Positions 24,864-35,617 of a stretch of 64,000 bases of DNA are shown here, in pieces (position 1 is the stretch's first letter; the number at the start of each line of letters is the position of its first letter). The translations under genes and the position numbers were made by a program. This DNA comes from Mustelus asterias. Taxonomy: Eukaryota. Below the pieces are notes generated by a model that saw only the letters and a program-made list of their open reading frames with translations, was not told the DNA's origin and searched no databases. The DNA lies in NCBI RefSeq assembly GCF_964213995.1, contig NW_027590122.1, forward strand, positions 1,178,001-1,242,000. The letters run 5' to 3'.

Positions 24864-25167
24864 TGTTGGCAATGAGTTTGTGGGCGTCAATAAAAATTGT
24901 GTAGAATTGTAAACAGTGCGGTCATGCTGCAGTTCTGGAACAGGCTTTGCAGAAATAGAATTGTGGTCATTGACACAGTAGTTTAGAATACATTTAACAG
25001 TTATTACTGCAGTCTCTGTGGCACAATTGGTCAGCGCGTTCGGCTGTTAACCGAAAGGTTGCTGGTTCGAGACCACCCAGGGACGGAATTTTACTATTTT
25101 CTCACCATCAGCATTCACAGGCAAACTGTTGCGTGTTGGCAATGAGTTTGTGGGCGTCAATAAAAAT
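24861..25167 (+). repeat. 37-bp direct repeats (24861-24897 and 25131-25167) bracketing tRNA-Asn
   Basis: gcgtgttggcaatgagtttgtgggcgtcaataaaaat occurs twice, identical, 270 bp apart. Confidence 0.9.
25012..25085 (+). tRNA. tRNA-Asn (GTT), best-preserved copy in the window, with two stem mismatches
   Basis: gtctctgtggcacaattggtcagcgcgttcggctGTTaaccgaaaggttgctggttcgagaccacccagggacg followed by a T-run terminator. One D-stem and one T-stem mismatch. Confidence 0.8.
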
Positions 25168-25701
25168 AGTTTTCAATTGTTGCCGGCTGCACTGTTTTCT
25201 GGTGTTACCAACATTATTCAATGACGATTGACTTCAAACATATTACATACAACATTATATACATGCTTCCATTATTCCATTAAACTTAAAAATTACAATC
25301 GAAACATGGACTTGTGGCTGAGCATTTGTTCCAATTCCGTTTCCCTGCTTCCATTCATTCCTGGATAGATCATAAATTTGTCGAACCCAGAGTGAAATCT
25401 GTTCAATGATGGAGCATCAGAACCCTCTGGCTCGAGAATTCCGAAGATTCACGAGGCTTTGAGTGAAGCAAATTCTCCTCATCGCACTCCTAAATCATCA
25501 GCGCCTGATCCTGAGATTGTGCTCCCGTGTTTTAGATTCCTGGATCAGGAAAAAATAATGCCTCAGCTTTTCAATGGTACCTATTCTTTCTCGTGAAAGC
25601 TGTTGAGATTTTCCAGCATTTTCAGTTTTTGATTCAGATTACAGCATCATCAGATTTTGCTTTTATTCTGTCAATAATAAATCAAATCAAATGAAATCAA
25701 A

Positions 25702-25738
25702 TCAGAGTCTAGAGTGCTCACGGTCGCACCACAGAATC
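25702..25738 (-). pseudogene. 5' half of tRNA-Gln (CTG) relic
   Basis: The reverse complement gattctgtggtgcgaccgtgagcactctagactctga is paralogous to 26741-26812. Confidence 0.55.
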
Positions 25739-25780
25739 AGGAACACGGCCGCCAGTTGCAAACATTCGCTCAAGGCATTT

Positions 25781-25852
25781 GGTTTCCTGTTCTAATGGTG
25801 AGCACTCTGCACTCTGGATCCAGCGATCCGAACTCCAATCTCGTCGGAACCT
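25781..25852 (+). pseudogene. degenerate tRNA-Gln (CTG)
   Basis: ggtttcctgttctaatggtgagcactctgcactctggatccagcgatccgaactccaatctcgtcggaacct. Confidence 0.8.
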
Positions 25853-26060
25853 TGCTTTGCTTTGCTTAATCCGCTGATTGATTTGCTGGGGGATATTTCG
25901 TTTAAATTTTTCACAAAGCATGAATCGATAGGACAATTTGACAGCAGTTCAACTTCAATTGCTGTGCACATTGCTGAGAAAGTGCGTGTGTATGTGTGGG
26001 TGCGTGAGAGAGTGAGACAGCCCTGAGAAAAAGGCCTGCTGCTCTAAGCCAGCGGCTGTC

Positions 26061-26132
26061 GGTTCCATGGTGAAATGGTCCGCTCTCTGGACTATGAAAC
26101 AAGGAAACTGGATTCTGGTCTCGGTGGAGCCA
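26061..26132 (+). pseudogene. degenerate tRNA-Gln
   Basis: ggttccatggtgaaatggtccgctctctggactatgaaac...tctcggtggagcc. Confidence 0.75.
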
Positions 26133-26225
26133 CTGTTCCCATCGTTCTAACTCTTATTTAAAATTGGGACAGATGACTTAGTGAATGATTCAGGTTGGGG
26201 GAACTCCTGTCCTCTGTGCATTTTC

Positions 26226-26532
26226 TGGCACACTGGTTAGCACTGCTGCCTCACAATGTCAGGAATCTTGATTCAATTCTGGCCTTGGGTCACTGTCTGT
26301 GTGGAGTTTGCACATTCTCCCCGTGTCTGCGTGTGTGGAAGGAAGATGAACACCCGGCGCGCAATCTGAAGATGTGCGAGTAGGTTAATTGGCCATAATA
26401 CATTGCCCATAGTGTCAGAGGGACTATCAGGGTAAGTATATGAGGTTATGGGGATAGGACCAGGGCGCCATCGTTTTCAGTGCAGGCTCGATGCGCCAAA
26501 TGGCTTCCTTCTTCACTGCAGAGATTCTATGA
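26226..26532 (+). mobile_element. HE1-type SINE (diverged)
   Basis: ggttagcactgctgcctcac...tgtgtggagtttgcacattctccccgtg...ttctatgatt. Confidence 0.8.
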
Positions 26533-26740
26533 TTTTGCCGCTCAGCATTTTGTCTTCTTGAACAATCGTCCTCTGGGGCTGATGCAATGGCGCCAGGAGA
26601 ATAATTCGTTGCATCGTCTGCAATGTGATTGTGGTGGAATTTGCTGAAATTATCTCAGACTATAAAATTCCATTTTCTGAGAAAATGTTAAATAAAATGT
26701 CCTTCAGCAAACCAATCATCTGCTTTAGCAAAGGAAAGGA

Positions 26741-26812
26741 ATGTTTCATCCAGATCTGAACTGGGATTACTGCATCCAGAGTCCAGAGTGCTCAGCATTG
26801 CACCACAGAACA
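26741..26812 (-). pseudogene. degenerate tRNA-Gln (CTG)
   Basis: Reverse complement tgttctgtggtgcaatgctgagcactctggactctggatgcagtaatcccagttcagatctggatgaaacat. Confidence 0.8.
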
Positions 26813-26936
26813 AGGAGCACAGCCGCCAGTTGCAAATGGTCACCCAAGGAATGTGACCTGTTTCATTCAATGTGGCAGCAACAGCAAGTGGGTCAAATGC
26901 GTTGAGTGACTATTTGCAGCTGTCTGCTGTGTTCTA

Positions 26937-27000
26937 GGTTCTCTGGTCTAATGGTGAGCATCTGAATATAGCGAACAGCGTTTAAATTTAGGCGGATCCT
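26937..27000 (+). pseudogene. internally deleted tRNA-Gln relic
   Basis: ggttctctggtctaatggtgagca[deletion]tctgaatatagcga...aaatttaggcggatcct, with a downstream flank paralogous to that of 25852. Confidence 0.6.
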
Positions 27001-27342
27001 TGGTCTTCTTTGCCATTGCTGAGGATTGATTTGTTGAAGAACCTTTTGTTTAAATTTCTCACAAAGTAGGAATCAGGAGAACAATTTGTCAGACAGGTCA
27101 GCTGCTTTTACAATGCACATTGCTGAGCTTCTGGCGACAGATGCTTACATCAGCAATGTTCTTTTCATTTTTTGCTACTCTTTAACTCCTCTTTTGAAAG
27201 AAAGGAGCGGTTGGTGTCACATAATAACTATTCGTCTGGAAAATGGCAATTACTGAGCAAGTGTGTGTGTGTGTGTGTGTGTATGTGTGTGTGTGTGTGT
27301 GTTTTGGGAGAAAGGCCTCGTGACTTAGGTCAGAGTGTTGTC

Positions 27343-27378
27343 GGTTCCATGGTGTAACACTTATCACTCTAGACTCTC
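27343..27378 (+). pseudogene. 5' half of tRNA-Gln relic
   Basis: ggttccatggtgtaacacttatcactctagactct, preceded by (GT)n like its paralogs. Confidence 0.65.
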
Positions 27379-28126
27379 GCCGTCCCACCTCTTGTTTAAA
27401 TTCGGACAAATGAGTGAGTGAATATCACCTTAGGTTGACCCCCTGCAAAATATTTATTGACTTAGTAACATCTTTTGAAATGATTAATCTTCATTTTGTT
27501 TCATTTCATGTCAACCAAGGTGACACGAGCTTGTATCTTATTATTTAAAACCTCAGCCCCTTCACTATTTACACAGGCAAAGTACAGTCGAAAAAAACTG
27601 ATCCGCACTGCACCAAAAAAAAGTTGCTGCAGTTCTTGCAAATCGCACCTCAAAACAGAATATGTTGGCAACACTCAGCAGGTCAAACAGCGTCTATTGA
27701 GAAAGAAATAGAGTGTCTGTTTCGGATCGCTGACCCTTTATCCAAACTGGAAGAGTTTAGAGATTTAATGGTTCACTAACAAATACAAAGTATAGGGATA
27801 TACAGAGCGAGAGGAGGAAAGGTCAAACAACCTTTTTTTGGATGGAAGGCTGAAGTGATTAAATGGCAATCGGGATTAGTGTTTCCACTGACACAACCTC
27901 CCAGATCTGGGTTCAAATTTCGCGCAAAATGAGAAGAAACCTTCTCGCTGAATTAAGCACTAAACACTACGACTTCCTGGGAAGGCAAAGATTACTTTAA
28001 CTCAGAAAGCAGTAACTGTGAGATTCATACAGCGGGATGGAGAAAGACTGAGTTTGAGCGGTGGCACTGCCGGACGAATGGAAAGCTGGAGTTTACCCAG
28101 GAAAGGGACAAGTTTTAAAATAACAA

Positions 28127-28191
28127 CGCCCGACGTAGGGCTCGACCCTGAGATTAAAAGTCTCATGCTCTACTGCCTGAGCTAGCCGGCA
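28127..28191 (-). pseudogene. tRNA-Lys pseudogene (CTT-type body, TTT anticodon, T-arm deletion)
   Basis: Reverse complement gccggctagctcaggcagtagagcatgagactTTTaatctcagggtcg[tgggttcg missing]agccctacgtcgggcg. Confidence 0.85.
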
Positions 28192-29027
28192 CATGTCGCC
28201 GTCACTCCATATCCAAAAATGCGTGCAGGCAAATAAAGCGTTTCCATCTGGTGTCTCAGCTTGTTCTGATTCCAAAGTTTACAATTAATCAATCTACGGA
28301 ATCCCTGAGGTGACAATGCATTCCTCTCAATCATGAATAACTTCATTCATATCTTCCACTTCTTAGCTTCACCTCCTTCCAATCATTGCTAACTCCTCTT
28401 ACATCATTCACCTTAATATTTTTGATCTAAATGCTCCAACCAGGTGGGGAAACAGCGTTTCAGTGTGTCCGAAGTCAAACTGTCTCGGCATTTTCAGACA
28501 TTTTAAACAATCCATTCACCTCTCATTATTCTAACCTGCAGAGAAAACAGACTCATCGCACTGAATCTCTCCTCCCAGGACAGCCACATCATCGCAGGAA
28601 TCAATCCAGTGAACCTTGATTGAACACAGACAGCGAGAGAATCGAGGGACCACAAACCAAAAGAGGGAACCGTGATCGATGCACTGACAGAGAGACAGAG
28701 AGTGAAAAGTCTGAGACAGGTATACAGCAACAAAAAGAGACAGGGAGGGACAGAGAGTGGGTAGACAGCCAGAACCCAACATACACACAACAGCTGTCTG
28801 AATCCTGAAGAACGCAGTCATCTGAATTGGTGAATAATAATTAAGTGAATGTCTGAAAGCATAGTCACCTTTTGAAAATGTCTTGATTCTTTGAGACTGT
28901 GTTGTGCTGACAGAATCCCTGCAGTGTCTGTTCAGGTTTTCAAATCATACCCCATGTAAACCAATCCTGCCACGTGCACGGGAAATAGACTAACAAAATT
29001 CTCGTCTTGTCCAATGCGAAACAACAG

Positions 29028-29117
29028 CTCAATTGCCCAGGATGTGAACAGGGACCTCACGCAAGCTTGCAGATTTTAGCACCCACAGCGGGAATCATAC
29101 CCTGAGACCAATAGACA
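29028..29117 (-). pseudogene. degenerate intron-containing tRNA-Pro (TGG)
   Basis: Reverse complement tgtctattggtctcagggtatgattcccgctgtggg[tgctaaaatctgcaagct]tgcgtgaggtccctgttcacatcctgg. Confidence 0.75.
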
Positions 29118-29390
29118 GTCGTAGAAGATGCAAGTCAACTAAATATATTTTCATTGACAGCCAAAGCGGATCATACATCTGCACTGAAAGATGATCATGC
29201 TGGAAAAATCTCAGGAAGTAATACAGAGTGTGCACAGGGAAACAAAGCTCATCTTTCGCCTCCATGACTTTTCATTAATACTGGGAATCGTTAGAAAGGC
29301 AGGAAGTTTAAAAGAAGTGAAATCCAGCAGGGAGAAAACATATCTGAGCTGTTAGAATTCAGCCAAAAGGACCAAAACTTAAATCGAGCC

Positions 29391-29467
29391 TTGCAGCGGT
29401 GGAATTTGAACTCTCAACAGAAACTGGATGCGTTAATCCACGCCTTCGACCGCTCAGACACGCTACC
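29391..29467 (-). pseudogene. degenerate tRNA-Leu (AAG type)
   Basis: Reverse complement ggtagcgtgtctgagcggtcgaaggcgtggattaacgcatccagtttct...gagttcaaattccaccgctgcaa. Confidence 0.75.
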
Positions 29468-29693
29468 ACAATGATAGATATACTAATCAAGCAATTTACT
29501 GATATTCTTACTGAAATACATTGGCAGTAATGGAATTGGGAAAGGCCGTCAGGAACTTGCACCTTCACTTATTCAACTACCCTGAACTGTTCGAAAAACA
29601 AGAAATCATCTCCAGTCAGAAACACCATAAGCTGCAATAAAGGGCCGGCACGATTTAAACTGTGCTTATCCTCGTCTGCTTCCCAAACTCCTG

Positions 29694-32121
29694 ATGTGGA
29701 GATGCCGGCGTTGGACTGGGGTAAACACAGTAAGAAGTTTAACAACACCAGGTTAAAGTCCAACAGGTTTATTTGGTAGCAAAAGCCACACAAGCTTTCG
29801 AGGCTCTGAGCCCCTTCTTCAGGTGAGTGGGAATTCTGTTCACAAACAGAACTTATAAGACACAGACTCAATTTACATGAATAATGGTTGGAATGCGAAT
29901 ACTTACAACTAATCCAGTCTTTAAGAAACAAAACAATGGGAGTGGAGAGAGCATCAAGACAGGCTAAAAAGATGTGTATTGTCTCCAGACAAGACAGCCA
30001 GTGAAACTCTGCAGGTCCACGCAACTGTGGGAGTTACAAATAGTGTGACATAAATTCTGATTCTAGGATCGCATGATAAAGACTCAGGAGGAAAAAAGCA
30101 GAAATATTTATGTGAAATAGTGTGACATAAACCCAATATCCCGGTTGAGGCCGTCCTTGCGTGTGCGGAACCTGGCTATCAGTTTCTGCTCCGCGACTCT
30201 GCGCTGTCGTGTGTCGCGAAGGCCGCCTTGGAGAACGCTTACCCGAATATCAGAGGCCGAATGCCCGTGACCGCTGAAGTGCTCCCCAACAGGAAGAGAA
30301 CAGTCTTGCCTGGTGATTGTCGAGCGGTGTTCATTCATCCGTTGTCGCAGCGTCTGCATAGTTTCCCCAATGTACCATGCCTCGGGACATCCTTTCTTGC
30401 AGCGTATCAGGTAGACAACGTTGGCCGAGTTGCAAGAGTATGTACCGTGTACCTGGTGGATGGTGTTCTCACGTGAGATGATGGCATCTGTGTCGATGAT
30501 CCGGCATGTCTTGCAGAGGTTGCTGTGGCAGGGTTGTGTGGTGTCTTGGTCACTGTTCTCCTGAAGGCTGGGTAGTTTGCTGCGGACAATGGTCTGTTTG
30601 AGGTTGTGCGGTTGTTTGAAGGCAAGAAGTGGGGGTGTGGGGATGGCCTTGGCGAGATGTTCGTCTTCATCAATGACATGTTGAAGGCTCCGGAGGAGAT
30701 GCCGTAGCTTCTCCGCTCCGGGGAAGTACTGGACAACGAAGGGTACTCTGTCCACTGTGTCCCGTGTTTGTCTTCTGAGGAGGTCGGTGCGGTTTTTCGC
30801 TGTGGCGCGTTGGAACTGTTGATCAATGAGTCTAGCGCCATATCCTGTTCTTATGAGGGCATCTTTCAGCGTCTGGAGGTGTCTGTTGCGATCCTCCTCA
30901 TCCGAGCAGATCCTGTGTATACGGAGGGCTTGTCCGTAGGGGATGGCTTCTTTAACGTGTTTAGGGTGGAAGCTGGAGAAGTGGAGCATCGTGAGGTTAT
31001 CCGTGGGCTTGCGGTACAGTGAGGTGCTGAGGTGACCGTCCTTAATGGAGATGCGCGTGTCCAAGAATGCAACCGATTCCGGAGAGTAGTCTATGGTGAG
31101 CCTGATGGTGGGATGGAACTTGTTGATGTCATCATAGAGTTGTTTCAGTGATTGTTCACCATGAGTCCAAAGGAAGAAAATGTCATCGATGTATCTAGTG
31201 TATAGCACCGGTTGAAGGTCCCGTGCGGTGAAGAAGTCTTGTTCGAACCTGTGCATGAAGATGTTGGCATATTGAGGTGCAAATTTGGTCCCCATGGCTG
31301 TTCCGTGTGTCTGGATGAAGAACTGGTTGTTGAAGGTGAAGATATTGTGGTCCAGGATGAAGCGGATGAGATGTAAAATTGCATCTGGAAACTGGCAGTT
31401 GTTGGCGCTGAGCACTGAGGCCGTTGCAGCAATGCCATCGTCATGGGGGATGCTGGTGTAGAGTGCTGAGACATCCATTGTGACGAGGAGCGCTCCTGGT
31501 TCAACTGCTCCATGTGTGCCGAGTTTCTGTAGGAAGTCCGTCGTGTCGCGACAAAAGCTGGGGGTTCTTTGTACAATGGGTTTCAGGATGCCCTCGACAT
31601 AGCCGGAGAGGTTCTCGCACAGGGTCCCATTGCCCGATACGATGGGACGGCCGGGTGTGTTTGCCTTGTGTATCTTCGGGAGGCAGTAGAGATCTCCAAC
31701 GCGGGGAGTACGTGGGATGAGAGCACGGAGGGTGTTCTGAAGGTCCGGATCAAAGGTCTTGATCAGAGTGTTGAGTTGACTGGTGTGTTCTTTGGTCGGA
31801 TCTGCAGGTAACTGTCTGTAGTGTTCCTCGTTGTTGAGTTGTCGGTACACTTCTTTGCAGTAATCCGTTCTGTTCAGTATGACGATGGCCCCTCCTTTGT
31901 CTGCTGGTTTGATGACAATGTTGCGGTTGGTCTTGAGAGCGTGGATGGCGTTACGTTGTGCTTGGGTGATGTTCGGGGCTGTCTTGTGAGTGCGGCTGAT
32001 GAATTTGGTGTTGACGCACCTCCTGACGGCTTTCGAGGCTCAGAGCCTCGAAAGCTTGTGTGGCTTTTGCTACCAAATAAACCTGTTGGACTTTAACCTG
32101 GTGTTGTTAAACTTCTTACTG
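29694..32121 (-). mobile_element. Penelope-like retroelement, 5'-truncated, with inverted pseudo-LTR and 13-bp TSD
   Basis: TSD tcccaaactcctg at 29681-29693 and 32122-32134. The pLTR at about 29694-29830 has an inverted partial copy at 32043-32121. RT plus GIY-YIG ORF inside. Confidence 0.93.
30108..32030 (-). CDS. Penelope RT + GIY-YIG endonuclease, uninterrupted frame lacking its N-terminus
   Basis: IKPADKGG, TMDVSALYTSI, GTAMGT, YTRYIDD, CxxxxCxxC, VVYLIRC..WYIGET. No stops from about 32030 to 30108. Confidence 0.9.
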   Translation of the reverse strand, partial: AVRRCVNTKFISRTHKTAPNITQAQRNAIHALKTNRNIVIKPADKGGAIVILNRTDYCKEVYRQLNNEEHYRQLPADPTKEHTSQLNTLIKTFDPDLQNTLRALIPRTPRVGDLYCLPKIHKANTPGRPIVSGNGTLCENLSGYVEGILKPIVQRTPSFCRDTTDFLQKLGTHGAVEPGALLVTMDVSALYTSIPHDDGIAATASVLSANNCQFPDAILHLIRFILDHNIFTFNNQFFIQTHGTAMGTKFAPQYANIFMHRFEQDFFTARDLQPVLYTRYIDDIFFLWTHGEQSLKQLYDDINKFHPTIRLTIDYSPESVAFLDTRISIKDGHLSTSLYRKPTDNLTMLHFSSFHPKHVKEAIPYGQALRIHRICSDEEDRNRHLQTLKDALIRTGYGARLIDQQFQRATAKNRTDLLRRQTRDTVDRVPFVVQYFPGAEKLRHLLRSLQHVIDEDEHLAKAIPTPPLLAFKQPHNLKQTIVRSKLPSLQENSDQDTTQPCHSNLCKTCRIIDTDAIISRENTIHQVHGTYSCNSANVVYLIRCKKGCPEAWYIGETMQTLRQRMNEHRSTITRQDCSLPVGEHFSGHGHSASDIRVSVLQGGLRDTRQRRVAEQKLIARFRTRKDGLNRDIGFMSHYFT

Positions 32122-32447
32122 TCCCAAACTCCTGGCAGAAATGAAAATAAAACTTCCTGTTGAATTTGCTCAGGGCCTTCACTTCGGGACACGTGGTGAT
32201 TTTGTGTGTCAGATGTTCCACCAGGCAATAACTGACATCTGTTTTCACGGTTTGGATGCGAGCAATAAATCTTCATTTTCTGACCTGCAGTCAAAACATC
32301 AGCGAAAGTGTCAATCTCTAAGCCCCAGGACAGCAGCTTACAATGTGTTTTAGAATTTGCTTTATCCACGCTGCGTTTGGTATTTTTATTTTCGTGTCAG
32401 GCCACTTTCACCACAAACACGTTTCTCCTGCAAAATGGCACCTTCCA

Positions 32448-32785
32448 GGGCGGCACGGTAGCACAGTGGTTAGCACTGCTGCTTCACAACTCCATGGGAC
32501 CCGGGTTCGATTCCCGGCTTGGGTCACTGCCTGTGTGGAGTCTGCACATTCTCCCCTCTCTGCGTGGGTTTCCTCCAGGTGCTCCGGTTTCCTCCCACAG
32601 TCCAAAGATGTGCGGGTTAGTTGATTGGCTATGCTAAAATTGCCCTTCGTGTCCTGGGATGCGTAGGTTAGAGGGATTCGTGGGTAAATATGTAGGGATA
32701 TGGGGATAGGGCCTGGGTGGGATTGTGGTCGGTCGAGACTCGATGGGCCGAATGACCTCTGTCTGTGCTGTAGGGTTTCTAAAAT
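32448..32785 (+). mobile_element. HE1-type SINE, full length
   Basis: gggcggcacggtagcacagtggttagc (A box), gggttcgattccc (B box), V-SINE core and CR1-like 3' tail. Confidence 0.9.
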
Positions 32786-33177
32786 TTCTGGTTCAATACA
32801 GTGATGTGTTCAGCCAATAACAGCACACATCTAACACTTCACTGCAGTTAACGCTTTCGCTTCCGACGGTTGGAAACCGGACATAAACCTTTCCAAACGC
32901 TTTTCATTGCAGAGTGAGGGAAAAGTTTCATAATTCACTTACAATGTAATCGGTAAAATCTGACCAATTATAATCCAGATTTTATCTTGCATCACCATTT
33001 CTATTCTTCGCGCTTGACAGACCATCACTGTCCTTCTCTTTCTGTGTTTGTCCTTGAACTGTTGCACGTGTTCTGATGTAAACTTGAATCCTCACTGAGC
33101 AGATTCTAGTAGATCTGCTTTCGATCAAAGAGTAAATCATCTTATTTTAGTCGTTTGCGAACAGCAATGAATCTTCT

Positions 33178-33248
33178 CTTCCTGAGCGAGAATTGAAACC
33201 AAATATCACTGGGGGAGTGCTGAACACAAACCACAGGACTACCAGGGT
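33178..33248 (-). pseudogene. highly degenerate tRNA-Glu
   Basis: Reverse complement accctggtagtcctgtggtttgtgttcagcactccc...tttcaattctcgctcaggaag. Confidence 0.55.
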
Positions 33249-34362
33249 AACTGGTGAACTGAGTTTTCCGACCTATACCCCTTCGCTTATTATTTTCATC
33301 CCTGATAGTTTTCACGAGAGACAAGATTCTCCGTCAAAGTGTCCTGTTTGGATGGAACATAGATGCTTCCTTCAGCCAATGAGAACACTAATTGAGTTCG
33401 CTGGGACATGAAATCGACAGGGAGTGAAATTGTCCCACAAGATGCTGAAGTGATCGAGGTACATAAAATTCTAAAAGGGATTGATAGAATAAACGTAGAC
33501 CAAATGGTTCTTCTTATTGGGCAATCGAGAACAAGAGATCCCATGTTTATAAAAGCAAAATACTGCGGTTGCGAGAATCTGAGAAATAAAACAGGAAAAG
33601 CTGTAAAACCTCAGCTGTTCTGACACATCTGTGGGGAAAGGATAGAACCAAAGTTACGAGTTTGGATGACATTTTGTCAGAGCTACTGTCACATGCATAG
33701 GTTGAGAGGCAGTAGATGCATTACTGAGTTGTTGACGAACTACTTATCGCTGACGGCCGTGGATTTGTGGAACTTGCTGCCCCATAGCATGGTGGAGTCC
33801 GAATCATTAAAAGGTTTCAGGAAAGAGAACAGGTGGGGACGTGGATTTGAGACCAAGGAGAAATCAGCCAGGAGCAGGCTCGAAGAGCTGAATTTGCCTA
33901 CTTCTGATCTTATTTCCTCTGGTCTTAAGTGTAATTTTCAATTTTCAAAACCCACAACCACACCAATGTGGCAGGTGTGCAATCTATGTACAGCACATTC
34001 ACAAGTTCCCCTTTAGCCACAGCACATGTGAGTCCTGTAAAGAACTTCGGACTGGCCTCAATCTGTGGCGTAATCACTTTGTGGTTTTTTGTTTCTCCCA
34101 TTTAATCTCTCCTGACGTCCACCTCATCAGCTGTTGTTATGTTTCCTCCCTCATGGATATCACTTTTTAAAAACTTCCTACATTTCTAACCATTTCCAGT
34201 TTAAATTAAACGTCATGGAGATGATATTTGATCTTTGTTTCCCTGTGTGCACACACGGCCTGACTTTCTGCGTTTTTTCAGCCCTTTCACCTTGCACAGC
34301 AGATGTCTGATCAGTTTTGGATGGCAATGAGAATGCAATGCCTAACTGGCGTTCCTCTCGGT

Positions 34363-34452
34363 GGCTCGCAGTTCTTGGGGTATAATTCTCCCTTTGAGTA
34401 GTAAGATCCACAAAGTTGCAAGACGTCTCGGGTTCAAGTCCCAATTATTAAT
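34363..34452 (+). pseudogene. degenerate intron-containing tRNA-Pro
   Basis: ggctcgcagttcttggggtataattctccctttgag[tagtaagatccacaaagt]tgcaagacgtctcgggttcaagtccc. Confidence 0.7.
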
Positions 34453-34699
34453 TTAGGTGCTGTGTCCAGCAGGCCAAGCCATTGGTTTGTTAGTTTGTTT
34501 TCCGTGCACACGGCAGAATTGGTTTACATGGGGTTTGGTTTGAGAACCTGAAGACACGCTGCAGGGATTCTGTCAACATAACATGCTCAAAAATAAATCA
34601 AGTCATCTTCAAAAGACGCTTGTGAATATTCACTTTACACCTATTCGTCAATTCAGAGGAACCCATGCTTATGGGTTCAGAAGACTGCTGTGTGTATAG

Positions 34700-35165
34700 T
34701 CTTGATTTGGAGATGCTGGCGTTGAACTGGTGTGGGAACAGTAAGAAGTCTCAGAACATCAGGATCATGCCAACAGTTCTTTTTTTTTAAAAAAAACAAG
34801 TTTTCAGAGCGCTGCGTCTTCATCACCGAAGTGGTATGTATTGGGGTGTCACGGTGGCAGGGTGGTTAACATTGCTGCTTCAGAAACCAGAGACACGCAA
34901 TTGATTCCCTGCAAGGGTAACTGTCTATTTGAAGTTTGCGAGTTCTCCCCAAGTTTGCGTGTGCTATTTCTGGCTGATCCAGTTCCCTTCCACAGTCAAA
35001 AGATTTGTTGGTTCGGTGCATTGGCCACGTTAAATTGCCCCATAGAGTCTTGCTCCTGTAAATTCATGGGGTTATGTGGATGGTGTCTGTGTGGTATTTT
35101 GCTGGATGCAGACTCGATTGGCTGAAGGGCGTCCTTCTGCACTGCAGCAATTCTATAGTATTATT
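34700..35165. mobile_element. decayed Penelope pLTR fragment followed by a decayed HE1-type SINE
   Basis: ggagatgctggcgttgaactgg..cagtaagaagtctc, then ggtgtcacggtggcagggtggttaacattgctgc. Confidence 0.6.
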
Positions 35166-35617
35166 CATGGATTGTTGATGTCTGGTCTATCTCGCGTTGT
35201 CGTTCTACACCAGTATCAGTTTCTTTCATCTCTGTCTGTGCATCGATCACTGTTTGCTCTTTGCTCCTTCTATTCTCTCGCTGTCTGTGTGTAACCAAGG
35301 TCCTCTGGGTTGATTTCTATTGTAAGGCTGTTCTCCTGGGCGGAGAGATCCAGTTGGATGAGTATGTTCTCTCTGTAGTTTAGAATGAGAGGTGATCACA
35401 ATGAAAAGTCTGAAATTGGGAGACAGTTTGACAGTGTACATGCTGTATGGCTTCACCTGCTGGCTGGAGTATTTTGAACAAGAATATTAAGTTGAAAGAT
35501 GTAAGAGGAGTTTGCAATGTTTGGAAGGACATGTATCTAAGACGTGGCAGATGACAATGATGTTAATGATTATTCAGAGGAATGCATTGTAGCCTTCGGG
35601 AATCTCTAGGTAAATTA

